From assembly GCA_043803945.1 (NCBI GenBank), contig JAZDJN010000070.1, forward strand, positions 1 through 59,048: 59,048 bases of DNA, in the 5' to 3' direction. The number at the start of each line of letters is the position of its first letter. Position 1 is the stretch's first letter. The notes below the pieces were generated by a model. That model saw only the letters and a list, made by a program, of their open reading frames with translations, did not search any database and was not told the DNA's origin. The stretch is from a bacterium (GTDB taxonomy: Bacteria > Bacteroidota > Ignavibacteria > UBA10030). Shown piece by piece: positions 29,683 to 41,068 of the stretch. Both the position numbers and the translations under genes were made by a program.

Positions 29683-31185
29683 ATGATCAAGAATTTCTTC
29701 GTGATTATCATATCCCTCATCTTGATCTGGGTACCGTCGTTCTCTCAAATTACTGCATCAATCCATGGAAGACAGAGTGTCTATAATGTCAAAGAGTATG
29801 GTGCGGTTGGCAACGGAAAAATCCTTGATAGTCCAGCGATCAATCGTACCATAGAGGCTAGTGTGCAGGGAGGAGGGGGAACGGTCTTCTTTCCGGCAGG
29901 TACATATCTGAGCGGCAGTATTCACCTCAAGAGTAATGCCCACCTTTATTTGGATGCAGGAGCGATCATTCTCGGTGCACCTCAGGAAATGAATGCCTAC
30001 GATCCACCAGAGCCGTTTGAAGGAAAAGCATATCAAGACGGTGGACATACCTATTTTCATAACAGCCTACTCTGGGGTGAAGATCTGTCACATGTGACAA
30101 TCTCCGGTTATGGGATGATCAACGGTGGCGGCCTGACACGGAGAGATAAAGGTGTGGGTGAAGGCCCGATCGGCCTTGGAGACAAAGCGATCGCACTCAA
30201 GAGATGCAGCCAGGTAACCATTCAGGGTCTCACCATATTTCATGGCGGCCATTTTGCAATCATCCTCACCGGTTGTCATAATGTGAATATAGACAATGTA
30301 ACGATTGATACAGATCGGGATGGTATCAATCTCGACTGTTGCCGTGCAGTAGTTGTTTCCAATTGCCGTATCAATGCTCCAAATGACGATGCGCTATGTC
30401 CGAAGAGTTCATTTGCCCTCGGGAAGAGGGTGATCACGGAAGATATTACGATCACGAATTGCCAGGTGTCAGGATATGAAGAAGGCACGTTGCTCGATGG
30501 CACGATGAAGCCCAGCAAAAACCGGAATGGGAGAATTAAGTTTGGAACGGAATCCAATGGAGGATTTCGAAACATCACAATCTCGAACTGTACATTTCGC
30601 GAATGTCGCGGGCTTGCCCTCGAAGAGGTCGATGGAGGGATTCTGGAAAATATCATCGTCTCCAATCTCACCATGATGAATATTGACGATTATCCGATCT
30701 ATATCACACTCGGTCGTCGAAATAGAGGTCCGGACAGCCTCACAATTGGTCTCGTCAGGAACATCATCATCTCCAATGTGATTGCGACCGGTATTGATTC
30801 GATGAGCGGTATCCACATCACCGGACTGCCTGGCTATCCTGTTGAAAATGTACGGCTTCAGGGACTTTGGCTCTCGTTCAAAGGTGGAGGCACAACCGAA
30901 CAAGCACTCCGAATTCCACCGGAGCTCGATAAAGGGTATCCGGAACCTCGACGCATCGGTGTGACACCTGGCTATGGTCTGTTCGCCCGCCATGTGCGTG
31001 GATTGGAGCTTTCGGATATCAGCTTCAATCTTGAGAGGGAGGACTTTCGTCCGGTAATGGTTTGTGTTGATGTGAATGGACTGGAGATCGATAACATCAA
31101 AGCACAACTGGCTCCTGGAATCGCACCGGTAAAATTTGAAGAGGTCAAAGATCTTGTCATCCGCAATTCACCTTTGTTGAAGTAA
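29683..31185 (+). CDS. GH28 family polygalacturonase-like beta-helix hydrolase
   Basis: YNVKEYGAVGNG, GGTVFFPAGTY, DRDGINLD, DDALCPKS and RIKFGTES. Start moved to MIKNFF, which gives a signal peptide. Confidence 0.88.
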   Translation: MIKNFFVIIISLILIWVPSFSQITASIHGRQSVYNVKEYGAVGNGKILDSPAINRTIEASVQGGGGTVFFPAGTYLSGSIHLKSNAHLYLDAGAIILGAPQEMNAYDPPEPFEGKAYQDGGHTYFHNSLLWGEDLSHVTISGYGMINGGGLTRRDKGVGEGPIGLGDKAIALKRCSQVTIQGLTIFHGGHFAIILTGCHNVNIDNVTIDTDRDGINLDCCRAVVVSNCRINAPNDDALCPKSSFALGKRVITEDITITNCQVSGYEEGTLLDGTMKPSKNRNGRIKFGTESNGGFRNITISNCTFRECRGLALEEVDGGILENIIVSNLTMMNIDDYPIYITLGRRNRGPDSLTIGLVRNIIISNVIATGIDSMSGIHITGLPGYPVENVRLQGLWLSFKGGGTTEQALRIPPELDKGYPEPRRIGVTPGYGLFARHVRGLELSDISFNLEREDFRPVMVCVDVNGLEIDNIKAQLAPGIAPVKFEEVKDLVIRNSPLLK

Positions 31186-31197
31186 AGGAGCCATGCA

Positions 31198-33669
31198 ATG
31201 CATATACGATATTGGAGAATACCCTCGCTTCTGATCTCGTTCTTGTTCGGAGCAAGCGCTCAAGACAAGGTTCCGATCGATGTGAATTACCGCACTCTTG
31301 TCTCTCGAGCGGGTTTAGCCTACACATCCCCGGCTTCACGAAGTGAAGAAGGGATGCCTATCGGGAATGGCCGAATGGGCAGCCTCGTCTGGACGACGCC
31401 CTCCGCTATCAAATTCCAGATCAACCGTGTCGATGTCTTTGCCTCTGATGCATCATCGGTTAGTTTTCCGAGAGCCGACAGCGATTATGGCAGCAGCTGT
31501 GGCTATGTAGATATCAACCTGGTAGATGCCGGAGACGATGTTTTTATTGGGAAGAGCTTCAGCCAACATCTCTCGGTGTATGATGGCTTGATGACAGTGA
31601 AGGGAAAGCAGGCGACCGCGAGACTCTTTGCATGGCACAAAAAAGATGTGATGGTACTCGAGATCGATGACCAGCGAAAAAACCCTTCGGCAGTCAATAT
31701 CGACTTACGCATGTTGCGGTATGCGATAGAATGTATTTCCAATAAGAGCTATGAGCTTGCGAGAACGCACGCAGTGATGATACGGACTGCTGAGCACACC
31801 GCAACATCGCAACTGCACATTCGGAATGGACGAATTATCCTGACGCAACAGTACCGTGAACATCAGTACTATAATGCTACTGCTGTCGCCATACAGATTG
31901 TTGGAAGACAATCGAAGGCAAGATATTTGAACGAATCGACCGTCCAACTTTCTGCTGCACCCGTACAAGGGAGGTTCATGGTTCTTATCGCTAGCGCATC
32001 GACGTTTGACGAGAGTCAGGACGTTGCTGCACTGGCCCTCGAGAACCTGTCTGCAGCGAGCGGTAATAGTTACGCGTGGCTTGCCGCTCATAATGGAGCG
32101 TGGTGGCATGATTTCTGGTCGAAGGGATTTGTCCATATGCACAGCAGCGATGGGCAGGCAAATTTTATCGAGCAGCAGTACACCTATTTTCTTTACCTGA
32201 TGGCGTCTACGTCGCGCGGTGCATTTCCGCCCCGGTTCGGTGGACTCCTCTTCAATACGACGGGTGACATGAGGAGGTGGGGTTCTCAGTACTGGTGGGC
32301 GAATACAAACGCCTACTATAGTAATCTGATGCCAGCCAACCGGCTCGAATTAATGGATCCGATGTTCTCCATGTATAGTGGTATGTACGAGTCGTGCGCG
32401 ATTGCTGCCCGACAGCAGTGGGGATCGCAGGGTGTCTGGATACCCGAGATCGTCGCTTTCAACGGACTGGAAAAACTTCCTGACGACATTGCGGTGGAAC
32501 TGCAAGAACTTATGCTTGTCCGGAAATCCTATGAACAACGATCACAACGATTTCAGTGGTTCATAGAAACGAAGAATCGCCATCATGCGCGTTGGAACTT
32601 CGAAACGGATGGCACATGGGAGCAGGGGCATTACGTTGTGCCGACCAAGGCATCGATTCAGCCGGAACGCTTTGCTTCCACAGAGACCGTGAATGGTATC
32701 TTTGGACATTGCACACATATTCTCGGCTCCGGCGCCCGGATAGCAAATCTCTACTGGCAGCGCTATCAATTGACCTTAGACAAGGACTGGTTGAGAAATC
32801 GTGCGTACCCCATGATCAAAGGATCGGCAGAGTTCTATCGAACCTTTCCAAACGTAAAGAAGGAAGCAGATGGCAAATACCACATCCACCATGTCAATAA
32901 CGGCGAAGAAAACTGGAATTCCTCCGATAGTCCATACGAGGTTTCCACCATGGCCATGATCTTTCCTCTGGCGATTCGTGCATCCGAAATCCTGGATATT
33001 GACGCTGACCTTCGACCGCTCTGGAACGATATCAGAGAAAACCTAGTGCCATTGCCTGAACGTCCTCGCCGTGGAGGACCGACTCGCGGAGGGTATGGTG
33101 CATTCGTTTATGGCGGGCCCGGAGCCATCGAACCTCTCGGTATGGAGCCGGAACTGAAAAGCATGTTTCTCAACTTCAACCGTTTGGGGGGATTCATCGA
33201 TAGCATTGGCATTGGCGGGCCACAGATCTTTCGCAACCGGATGCGCTTGCGTGAAGGACCAGGTGCCATCGATGCGGAGCACATCGGTGGATTGACATCC
33301 GGCATCCACACATCATTGCTCGGAAACGCTTCTTCGACACCTGCTGGCGATCCGGACATTCAGGTTTTTCCTTCCTGGCCAAAAGAGTGGGATGCTGTCT
33401 TCGAGCTGTTAGCACATGGAGCTTTTTTAGTTTCGTCTTCGCAGCGAGCTGGAGAGATAGAATTTGTCGCAATCAAATCTCAGCTTGGTAACGAGTGCCG
33501 GCTTAAAAATCCATGGCCTGAAAAAAGCGTTACGCTCTATCGTGATGGAATAAAAGCTGAGAGTATGAAAGATCCGGTCTTGAAAATTCAGACCACAAAG
33601 GGGGAAACCGTTGTCGTTGTTCGAGCAGGGACTGCACCCAACGACTACAGGCGAACACTGTTGCACTGA
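31198..33669 (+). CDS. GH95-like (alpha/alpha)6 glycoside hydrolase
   Basis: EGMPIGNGRMG, WWHDFW, YLMASTSRG, RAYPMIKG.AEFY and IQVFPSWPKEW..F.LLAHGAFLVS. Confidence 0.75.
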   Translation: MHIRYWRIPSLLISFLFGASAQDKVPIDVNYRTLVSRAGLAYTSPASRSEEGMPIGNGRMGSLVWTTPSAIKFQINRVDVFASDASSVSFPRADSDYGSSCGYVDINLVDAGDDVFIGKSFSQHLSVYDGLMTVKGKQATARLFAWHKKDVMVLEIDDQRKNPSAVNIDLRMLRYAIECISNKSYELARTHAVMIRTAEHTATSQLHIRNGRIILTQQYREHQYYNATAVAIQIVGRQSKARYLNESTVQLSAAPVQGRFMVLIASASTFDESQDVAALALENLSAASGNSYAWLAAHNGAWWHDFWSKGFVHMHSSDGQANFIEQQYTYFLYLMASTSRGAFPPRFGGLLFNTTGDMRRWGSQYWWANTNAYYSNLMPANRLELMDPMFSMYSGMYESCAIAARQQWGSQGVWIPEIVAFNGLEKLPDDIAVELQELMLVRKSYEQRSQRFQWFIETKNRHHARWNFETDGTWEQGHYVVPTKASIQPERFASTETVNGIFGHCTHILGSGARIANLYWQRYQLTLDKDWLRNRAYPMIKGSAEFYRTFPNVKKEADGKYHIHHVNNGEENWNSSDSPYEVSTMAMIFPLAIRASEILDIDADLRPLWNDIRENLVPLPERPRRGGPTRGGYGAFVYGGPGAIEPLGMEPELKSMFLNFNRLGGFIDSIGIGGPQIFRNRMRLREGPGAIDAEHIGGLTSGIHTSLLGNASSTPAGDPDIQVFPSWPKEWDAVFELLAHGAFLVSSSQRAGEIEFVAIKSQLGNECRLKNPWPEKSVTLYRDGIKAESMKDPVLKIQTTKGETVVVVRAGTAPNDYRRTLLH

Positions 33670-33739
33670 TGAAGTTTATTGGTTGTTTATTCGATGTGGA
33701 GCTATGAAATGAAAATACACTCAATACTGGTGTAGAGCT

Positions 33740-34927
33740 ATGAAAATATCGGCTATTACTTTCTGCTTCCTTCTGGTAGGTATAATGATGGTTTCTTTTT
33801 TCGGGTGTGCCCCACGAACATTGAAGGTATCCTCTTCAGGAGATTTGGAACAATGGCCGGGGGGTTGTTCACCGCAAGAAATTGGAAAACGCGTCGCGGA
33901 GCGTTATTGCGCGAGCCCATTTGGAAATTTTGGCAGAGCGGCTCCCCCCAAATCGATTACCTATCCTGAAACCTGCACCTGGTATGGCGCTCTAACTTTT
34001 GCAGAACTCACCGCCAATGAAGAATTGAAAACAAAGCTCATACAGCGATTCGCACCCCTGCTCCAAGAGAAGAAGAGCCTCATCCCTGTACCGGATCATG
34101 TCGACTACACCGTGTTTGCCACTGTACCGCTTGAGATTTATATACGAACCAACGATCGTCGGTATCTCGAAATAGGAAAGGATATGGCAGACAGGCAGTG
34201 GGGCGAACCGTTCGGTCAGCGGGCAACAGAGCAATCCTGGGAATACTATAAGAGGGGACTCACCTGGCAGACGCGGATGTGGATTGATGATATGTTCATG
34301 ATCACTGCCGTCCAGGCACAGGCCTTTCGTGCAACAGGCGATCGAATGTACATCGATCGGGCTGCGAAAGAAATGGTCGTCTACCTCGACTCGCTTCAGC
34401 AATCGAACGGTCTCTTCTATCATGCTTCCGATGTGCCGTTTTTCTGGGGGCGTGGAAATGGATGGATGGCTGCCGGCATGAGCGAATTGCTCCGTTCGTT
34501 GCCAAAGGATCATCCCGGTCGAGGGCGGATTTTGAAAGGTTACAGAACCATGATGGCTTCACTGTTGACGTTTCAGGGTGAAGATGGCATGTGGCGTCAG
34601 CTTATCGACCATCCGGAATCGTGGCAGGAGACCTCCTGTACAGGGATGTTTACCTTCGCGTTCATTACAGGTGTAAAAAATGGCTGGCTCGATGAAAGCA
34701 CCTACGGGTCCGCTGCTCGAAAAGGCTGGCTCGGATTGATCAAGTATATCAACGAGAGCGGAGATATCCGAGAAGTGTGTGAGGGAACGAATAAGAAAAA
34801 CGATCTCCAATACTATCTTGATCGAAAAAGAAATGTAGGTGACTTCCATGGTCAGGCGCCGGTACTCTGGTGCGCATCGGCTCTGTTACGGGATCGCGGA
34901 GATCCTGAATATGGGGAACAGCGTTGA
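33740..34927 (+). CDS. GH105 unsaturated uronyl hydrolase, lipoprotein
   Basis: Lipobox-like FFGC; HVDY, MWIDDMFM, FWGRGNGW, ETSCTGMF and GDFHGQAP. Confidence 0.88.
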   Translation: MKISAITFCFLLVGIMMVSFFGCAPRTLKVSSSGDLEQWPGGCSPQEIGKRVAERYCASPFGNFGRAAPPKSITYPETCTWYGALTFAELTANEELKTKLIQRFAPLLQEKKSLIPVPDHVDYTVFATVPLEIYIRTNDRRYLEIGKDMADRQWGEPFGQRATEQSWEYYKRGLTWQTRMWIDDMFMITAVQAQAFRATGDRMYIDRAAKEMVVYLDSLQQSNGLFYHASDVPFFWGRGNGWMAAGMSELLRSLPKDHPGRGRILKGYRTMMASLLTFQGEDGMWRQLIDHPESWQETSCTGMFTFAFITGVKNGWLDESTYGSAARKGWLGLIKYINESGDIREVCEGTNKKNDLQYYLDRKRNVGDFHGQAPVLWCASALLRDRGDPEYGEQR

Positions 34928-34949
34928 CAGGAAGTCGAGCGAGAAACGA

Positions 34950-36362
34950 ATGACTTCAACGATTCGTTCGAAGAGAATCCGGTTTCGTTCTGCAGCAATT
35001 CTTTGCTCGTTGCTGTTACTGACATCGGTCATGGTCTGCCAGGTTTTCATGGATGCGGATAGCGCCGGTGACGCTTACACTCGTATTACATCGAAAGGGT
35101 ATGGATTGGAAGTACCCGATGTTCTCCATCCTGTTCGACACATTACTGAACCATGGGATCCCTTCTTACACAAGTATGTATTTGAATTCGTGCTTCATAA
35201 AGAGATCGATGGTGATTCGAATGAGAGGATCGACAGACAGCGAAATGAGATCAAAACCTATGATCCTTCACCGGAAACAATGAAAGCATCCTATGGAGAG
35301 ACACACACCTATCGCTGGAAATTCAAGATTGATTCAGCCTTTATTCCAACCTCACAATTTTGTCATATTCACCAGATCAAAGCTGGAGATGGACCTGATG
35401 CAGGATCTCCACTTATGACACTGACGCCCCGGGCCGGAAGTCCTGATAAACTCGAACTCATCTTTACCGCTCCTTCGGGAGCAAGCGGAAGCGGAAAACT
35501 CAACATCGTTGATCTCACACCTTTTAAAGGAACATGGGTAGAAGCTTACGAACGGATCAGGTATACCGAAGCTGGCAGCTACTCCATCACGATCAAGAGA
35601 GTCCGTGATGACTCCGTGCTATTCAATGTTAACCGAGATAACATTGCCATGTGGAGGACCGGCTCCACATTCATAAGACCGAAGTATGGCATCTATCGCA
35701 GTTTGGGTTCCGGACTGTCGCTCGTACCGATACTTCGCGATGAGTATGTTCGTTTTGCAGATTTTTATCTCGCCGAGGGAGCGTTGAACAACGTACCTGA
35801 AGTACCGGGCGATGCTCGAGCGATCGCGACATCTCACAGTAGTATCAACCTGTCATGGGTGGATCGCTCGAATAATGAGAATTTGTACAGGATCGACCGC
35901 TCGACGGATGGATCGCACTGGTCCTATCTGGCAACGGTAAGGGGTAATGTGACGATGTATGCCGATATGGATGTGACTGCGTCACGAGTCTATCATTATC
36001 GCATACGATCAGAGAACAGCTTTGGAAATTCAGATTACTCGAATAGCACCACTGTTGCGACAGATGGGACAACAGGAATACAAGAACAACGGATCTTCAG
36101 TCCTGCATTGCATTTGGCCAATTATCCGAATCCATTCAATCCCACGACAACGATAGAATTTTCCTTGCCGAATAGCGGCTATACGATACTGCAGATAGTT
36201 AATGTGCTTGGCAAGGAGGTCGCTACGTTGGTCGATGAATTCAGGAGAGCAGGTGTGTATCGAGTTCCTTGGGATGCCTCGCATGTACCGAGTGGATTCT
36301 ACTACTCTCGTTTGAAAGCAGGAAACCTTGTCGTTGTCAAGAGGATGGTATTGACCCGATAG
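34950..36362 (+). CDS. Beta-jelly-roll polysaccharide lyase-like protein + FN3 + T9SS type-A sorting domain
   Basis: RQRNEIK, HIHQIK and RPKYGIYR resemble PL7/PL13-type catalytic strips; FN3 (INLSWVD..YRIDRS..YHYRIR); CTD NYPNPFNP. Confidence 0.7.
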   Translation: MTSTIRSKRIRFRSAAILCSLLLLTSVMVCQVFMDADSAGDAYTRITSKGYGLEVPDVLHPVRHITEPWDPFLHKYVFEFVLHKEIDGDSNERIDRQRNEIKTYDPSPETMKASYGETHTYRWKFKIDSAFIPTSQFCHIHQIKAGDGPDAGSPLMTLTPRAGSPDKLELIFTAPSGASGSGKLNIVDLTPFKGTWVEAYERIRYTEAGSYSITIKRVRDDSVLFNVNRDNIAMWRTGSTFIRPKYGIYRSLGSGLSLVPILRDEYVRFADFYLAEGALNNVPEVPGDARAIATSHSSINLSWVDRSNNENLYRIDRSTDGSHWSYLATVRGNVTMYADMDVTASRVYHYRIRSENSFGNSDYSNSTTVATDGTTGIQEQRIFSPALHLANYPNPFNPTTTIEFSLPNSGYTILQIVNVLGKEVATLVDEFRRAGVYRVPWDASHVPSGFYYSRLKAGNLVVVKRMVLTR

Positions 36363-36447
36363 AAGAAAGGAAGTCTCCGTTTTGCATGGTAGAAAATTCC
36401 AAGGGTATCTCACATACAATAATTGAAGAAAGCGAGGCAGCGTACTC

Positions 36448-37830
36448 ATGAATCATCGTTACAGTTATCGATTGGCACACATATTCCATACAGCGATTGC
36501 CATATTCGTTTTGGGAAGTATTCTCACCCAGTGTATGCTTGCACAAACATCGCCTCAGGATGCGAAGATGAAGTGGTTTCGCGAAGCGAAGTTTGGGCTT
36601 TTCATCCATTGGGGCATCTATAGTATTCCTGCCGGCGAATGGAAAGGGAAACCGATTGCCGGGATAGGAGAATGGATTATGAACCGGGCAAAAATACCGG
36701 TGCAAGAATATGAACAGCTGGCAAACCAGTTCAATCCGGTGCAGTTCGATGCAGAAGAATGGGTAAAGCTCGCTGAGGACGCCGGCATGAAATATATCGT
36801 TATTACAAGCAAGCATCATGACGGTTTCGCTCTCTATCACTCAACAGTGAGCAAGTATAATATTGTCGATGCGACTCCGTTCAAACGCGATGTTCTCAAG
36901 GAACTAGCAAAGGCCTGTGCAAAGCGCAGCATCAAGCTCGGATTCTACTATTCGCAGGCACAGGATTGGCACGAGCCGAACGGTGCGGGCAACACCTGGG
37001 ATTTTGGTGTCGACTCATTGAAAAACTTCGACCAGTATTTGCGCGATAAAGCCGAGCCACAAGTGAAGGAACTACTTACAGACTATGGTCCGGTCTGCCT
37101 CATCTGGTTCGATACTCCGCGTATGATGACGAAAGAGCGGAGTCAGCGGTTCATTGATATTGTCCACACGCTGCAGCCCGCATGTTTGATAGATGGACGA
37201 CTGGGAACCCAGGGTGATTATCGTTCAATGGGTGATAACCGGATTCCTGATAGTGTCGTTGTCGGTGATTGGGAAGTACCTGCAACGATCAATCGTACGT
37301 GGGGATTTAAAAAAGACGATCAGGAATGGAAAACTCCGGAAGACCTGACATTCAAGCTTGTCGACATCGTCAGTAAAGGTGGCAACTACCTGCTGAATGT
37401 CGGCCCTACAGCAGAGGGTATCCTTCCTCAGCCAAGTCAGGATAATCTTCGTGCTGTCGGCCGGTGGCTGAAGGTGAACGGTGAATCTATTTATGGAGCT
37501 GGTCCCTCTCCTTTCGGAGCGGAATTCGGCTCACCACACCCGGACACGACAAAAAAAGATGCTCGAGGTAACCGACTGTTCAATACGAGTACAGAATGGC
37601 GATGTACAACCAAGCTGGGAAAACTGTTCATCCATCTCTTTAAATGGCCAAACAGAACTTTCGAACTTTCCCATGTCGATGGAACAGTCAGAAGAGCATT
37701 CTTCCTTGCCGATCCTGCTAAACAACCAGTTGCATTTCAACAACAGAACAACCGGGTAACGCTGTCGCTTCCTGAGAACGCACCCGATAAGATCAACTCT
37801 GTTCTGGTCCTCGAACTGGAAACCAAATGA
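36448..37830 (+). CDS. GH29 alpha-L-fucosidase
   Basis: AKFGLFIHWG, TSKHHDGF, IWFDTP and SKGGNYLLNVGP; signal peptide. Confidence 0.93.
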   Translation: MNHRYSYRLAHIFHTAIAIFVLGSILTQCMLAQTSPQDAKMKWFREAKFGLFIHWGIYSIPAGEWKGKPIAGIGEWIMNRAKIPVQEYEQLANQFNPVQFDAEEWVKLAEDAGMKYIVITSKHHDGFALYHSTVSKYNIVDATPFKRDVLKELAKACAKRSIKLGFYYSQAQDWHEPNGAGNTWDFGVDSLKNFDQYLRDKAEPQVKELLTDYGPVCLIWFDTPRMMTKERSQRFIDIVHTLQPACLIDGRLGTQGDYRSMGDNRIPDSVVVGDWEVPATINRTWGFKKDDQEWKTPEDLTFKLVDIVSKGGNYLLNVGPTAEGILPQPSQDNLRAVGRWLKVNGESIYGAGPSPFGAEFGSPHPDTTKKDARGNRLFNTSTEWRCTTKLGKLFIHLFKWPNRTFELSHVDGTVRRAFFLADPAKQPVAFQQQNNRVTLSLPENAPDKINSVLVLELETK

Positions 37831-37943
37831 ACCTAAGTGAGCAGAATGGAGGTGGTTGTTCTTCATGGACTTCTATGAACAAAAAAAGAAGTGGCCTAAG
37901 AAACAATTCAGAGTGTACCAATTATCAAGTAAGGAGGAACGCA

Positions 37944-40900
37944 ATGAGAAGATTATCTCTAGTTAAGAAGAGATCCAGACTTTTGGTGGTTTGGATAGCA
38001 ATGGGCCTCTTCATTCATGGTGGAGTACTCTTTGCTGATATCAAAGGCAAAATTGCCGGGACGATCAAAGATGCTGACACGAATCAACCCTTACCGGGTG
38101 TCAATGTTGTTCTTGAAGGGACGACACTCGGGGCGATCACCGATGTCTCAGGCTATTACTTTATCATTAATGTTGCTCCAGGGAATTACTCGGTTAAGGC
38201 ATCGATGATTGGATTTGAAAAGGTGATTAAAAAAGATGTTCAGGTCAGCTCGAATCATACCACAGAGCTTGATTTTACACTGAAACCAACTCCTATCGAA
38301 GGTGCTGAAGTTGTGATTACAGCGCAGAGGGAGATCGTCAAGAAGGATGTCTCATCGAGTCAGATTGTTGCAGGCGAGAGCGAGATGCAATCTGTACCGA
38401 TGATCAACAACATCATGTCGTTTGTCAATATGCAGGCCGGCATTTCAGGAGATGAAATTCGTGCCGGTGGATTGGATCAAATTGGGTATGTCGTCGACGG
38501 ATTGGTCTCCATCGATAACCGAACGAACCGCCCGCTGATGCAGGTGAATTTGAGCACAATCTCTGAGATTTCAATCACCAAAGGGGGATTCAATGCAGAG
38601 TATGGAAACCTGCGGTCGGGGTTGATCAATGTCGTGACGAAGGATCCTACACCGAACAAATACCATATCACCGTCGATATGCGATTGACACCTTCCAGGT
38701 TGAAACACGAGGGTGCTCCGATAACGAGTCCTGATAATTTTTACAACAGACCATTTCTCGATCCTGCTGTATGCTGGACCGGAATCAAGAAAGGAAGTTG
38801 GGATTCCTTGGCGAAAAGCCAATATGAATATACTGCATTCCGAGATTGGGAAGGTTGGCTTTCGTATGCAAAAGGAAAAGGTATGACACCCGACCAGGCT
38901 CGACAACTCTATCTCTGGCAACATGGGATGGCGGTGACAGATTCTCTGGGGAATAAAGTCGGGCCATCACGTAAATTGATTAACTATGGTGATAAACCTG
39001 ACCTTTTTGGAGAAATAACCGTCTCCGGAGGTGTCCCGATTATTGGAGAGGCGTTAGGGGATATGGCGTTTCTCGTTTCGTACAGGAGTAATCTGCAGGC
39101 CTATGCGTTGCCCACATTCAGGGACTATTACCAGAACGACAACGCACAAATAAAATTAACATCGCATATCACATCGTTGATGAAACTGGGTATTGAGGCA
39201 AGCTATGGAGAAACGAACACGATCGGAAACAGCAACTCCGGTGGTACAGATAATGACTATGTGACAAGCGGAACCGATATTATGAATTCCGGTATGTACG
39301 ATGCTTCCGGAAACTATCGATGGGCGTGGTGGCCGTATGCCACCGTTCCGTTCAATATTTATAGCAGCATGCTGGGTCTCACGTTCGATCATATGATCGA
39401 CAGGAATACTTTTTACAATGTGAGGATTTCTGGTGTTCACATAAAAAATTATTCCGGTGAATGGGGACCGGACGCTTATCGGGATACCACAACCCTCGCA
39501 TATTTCGGATCTGCAGCTATGGATAACCGACCATGGGGATTCTTCATCGGCAGTGGTACAAGTCAGAATACTGTCGGAGACAATGCCGTCACAGGTTCTG
39601 CCGGAGGTGGCCAGCGGGATTTTGGTGAAGTGAACACCTTGAACATCAAGTTCGACCTCACCAGCCAGATTGATCGATATCATCAGGTGAAGACTGGATT
39701 TGACTTTACGTACGATGATCTCCATACGGATTTTTCCAGGATTCGCTATGAATCTCACTGGGAAGATTATAATACCCAATGGAACCATTTCCCCTATCGA
39801 TTGGGGGCTTATCTGCAGGACAAACTCGAGTTTGAAGGGATGATCGCGAACATCGGTATTCGGTTGGACTATAATGAGCCCAATAGCGATTGGTTTACCC
39901 TCGATCCGTATATGAAATATATTCAAAGAAAATATAAAGACCAGATTTACACCAGCGCTCCATCCGAAAAAGCCAAAGGGCATCTCAAGATCAGTCCGCG
40001 GTTGGGCATCTCTCATCCTATTTCAGAGGATGTCAAATTGTACTTCTCCTACGGTCATTTCTATTCCATGCCCTCCTCAACGAACATGTATGTGATCAAC
40101 CAGGCCAGGGCTTCAGACGCCATCACCCAACTCGGAAATCCGAACATTCTCTTGCCGAGAACAATAGCGTATGAGCTCGGTGTCGATTACGATATCGCTG
40201 GCGCAGCCCTGTTGCATCTGGCTGGATATTACAAAAACGTGGAGGATCAGATCAGCAGTGTGACCTACACGTTCTATGGCGGTACACCAACCTACACCAC
40301 CTATACGAATAACAATTATGCTGATATCCGTGGATTCGAAATCCAGCTTGAGAGAAATTTTGGCTTATGGATTACTGGATTTGCAAATTATACGTACCAG
40401 GTGGAGAACCATGGAAATTTTGGAATCAATGCGTACTTCCAGGATCCACGAACTCAAGAGGGGTATGTACAGCCTGACGTGACAAGAGAACAGATTCGAC
40501 CGTGGGCGAGAGCAAACTTACGGCTCCAGACGCCGGTGGAATGGGGCCCGGAAGTCTTCGGCATCCAGCCATTGAGCGATTGGATCATCAGCCCGTATTT
40601 CACCTGGCAGGCAGGTTCCTATACCACGATTAATCCGAAAAATGTTCTGGGTGATGCTATCTCGAATAATGTTCAATGGAAATCAACCTGGTCGGTAGAC
40701 CTGAAAATCAATAAGCGATTTTCTATTGCCAACATGAATGTGGAATTATTTGCCGACATCAATAATGTGTTCAACACAAAATTCATGGACCATACCACTG
40801 GATTCTCCAGCACGGGTGAGAATAGCGATCAGGAGACGTATTATAAATCCCTGTGCCTGCCCATCTATGACAATCCGGCATTCGATCAACTGCGGCAACA

Positions 40901-41045
40901 AAACCCCGGATTTTATCTGCCGGGAAACGACCAGCTTGGGGATGTCAAAAGCGATGATAAACCATACATCCACATGCCCAGTCGTGACTTCCTCATTTAC
41001 AGGGACCTCCGCTATGTGACATTCGGTATCCGGGTAAACTTATAG
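37944..41045 (+). CDS. TonB-dependent receptor (non-SusC type)
   Basis: GKIAGTIKD..LPGVNV, plug GGFNAEYGNLRSGLINVVTK, ISPRLGISHPI and GNPNI.P.TIAYELG; AAGGAGG RBS before ATG 37944. Confidence 0.9.
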   Translation: MRRLSLVKKRSRLLVVWIAMGLFIHGGVLFADIKGKIAGTIKDADTNQPLPGVNVVLEGTTLGAITDVSGYYFIINVAPGNYSVKASMIGFEKVIKKDVQVSSNHTTELDFTLKPTPIEGAEVVITAQREIVKKDVSSSQIVAGESEMQSVPMINNIMSFVNMQAGISGDEIRAGGLDQIGYVVDGLVSIDNRTNRPLMQVNLSTISEISITKGGFNAEYGNLRSGLINVVTKDPTPNKYHITVDMRLTPSRLKHEGAPITSPDNFYNRPFLDPAVCWTGIKKGSWDSLAKSQYEYTAFRDWEGWLSYAKGKGMTPDQARQLYLWQHGMAVTDSLGNKVGPSRKLINYGDKPDLFGEITVSGGVPIIGEALGDMAFLVSYRSNLQAYALPTFRDYYQNDNAQIKLTSHITSLMKLGIEASYGETNTIGNSNSGGTDNDYVTSGTDIMNSGMYDASGNYRWAWWPYATVPFNIYSSMLGLTFDHMIDRNTFYNVRISGVHIKNYSGEWGPDAYRDTTTLAYFGSAAMDNRPWGFFIGSGTSQNTVGDNAVTGSAGGGQRDFGEVNTLNIKFDLTSQIDRYHQVKTGFDFTYDDLHTDFSRIRYESHWEDYNTQWNHFPYRLGAYLQDKLEFEGMIANIGIRLDYNEPNSDWFTLDPYMKYIQRKYKDQIYTSAPSEKAKGHLKISPRLGISHPISEDVKLYFSYGHFYSMPSSTNMYVINQARASDAITQLGNPNILLPRTIAYELGVDYDIAGAALLHLAGYYKNVEDQISSVTYTFYGGTPTYTTYTNNNYADIRGFEIQLERNFGLWITGFANYTYQVENHGNFGINAYFQDPRTQEGYVQPDVTREQIRPWARANLRLQTPVEWGPEVFGIQPLSDWIISPYFTWQAGSYTTINPKNVLGDAISNNVQWKSTWSVDLKINKRFSIANMNVELFADINNVFNTKFMDHTTGFSSTGENSDQETYYKSLCLPIYDNPAFDQLRQQNPGFYLPGNDQLGDVKSDDKPYIHMPSRDFLIYRDLRYVTFGIRVNL

Positions 41046-41068
41046 CCTATCGAAAGGAAGGAAAAATT

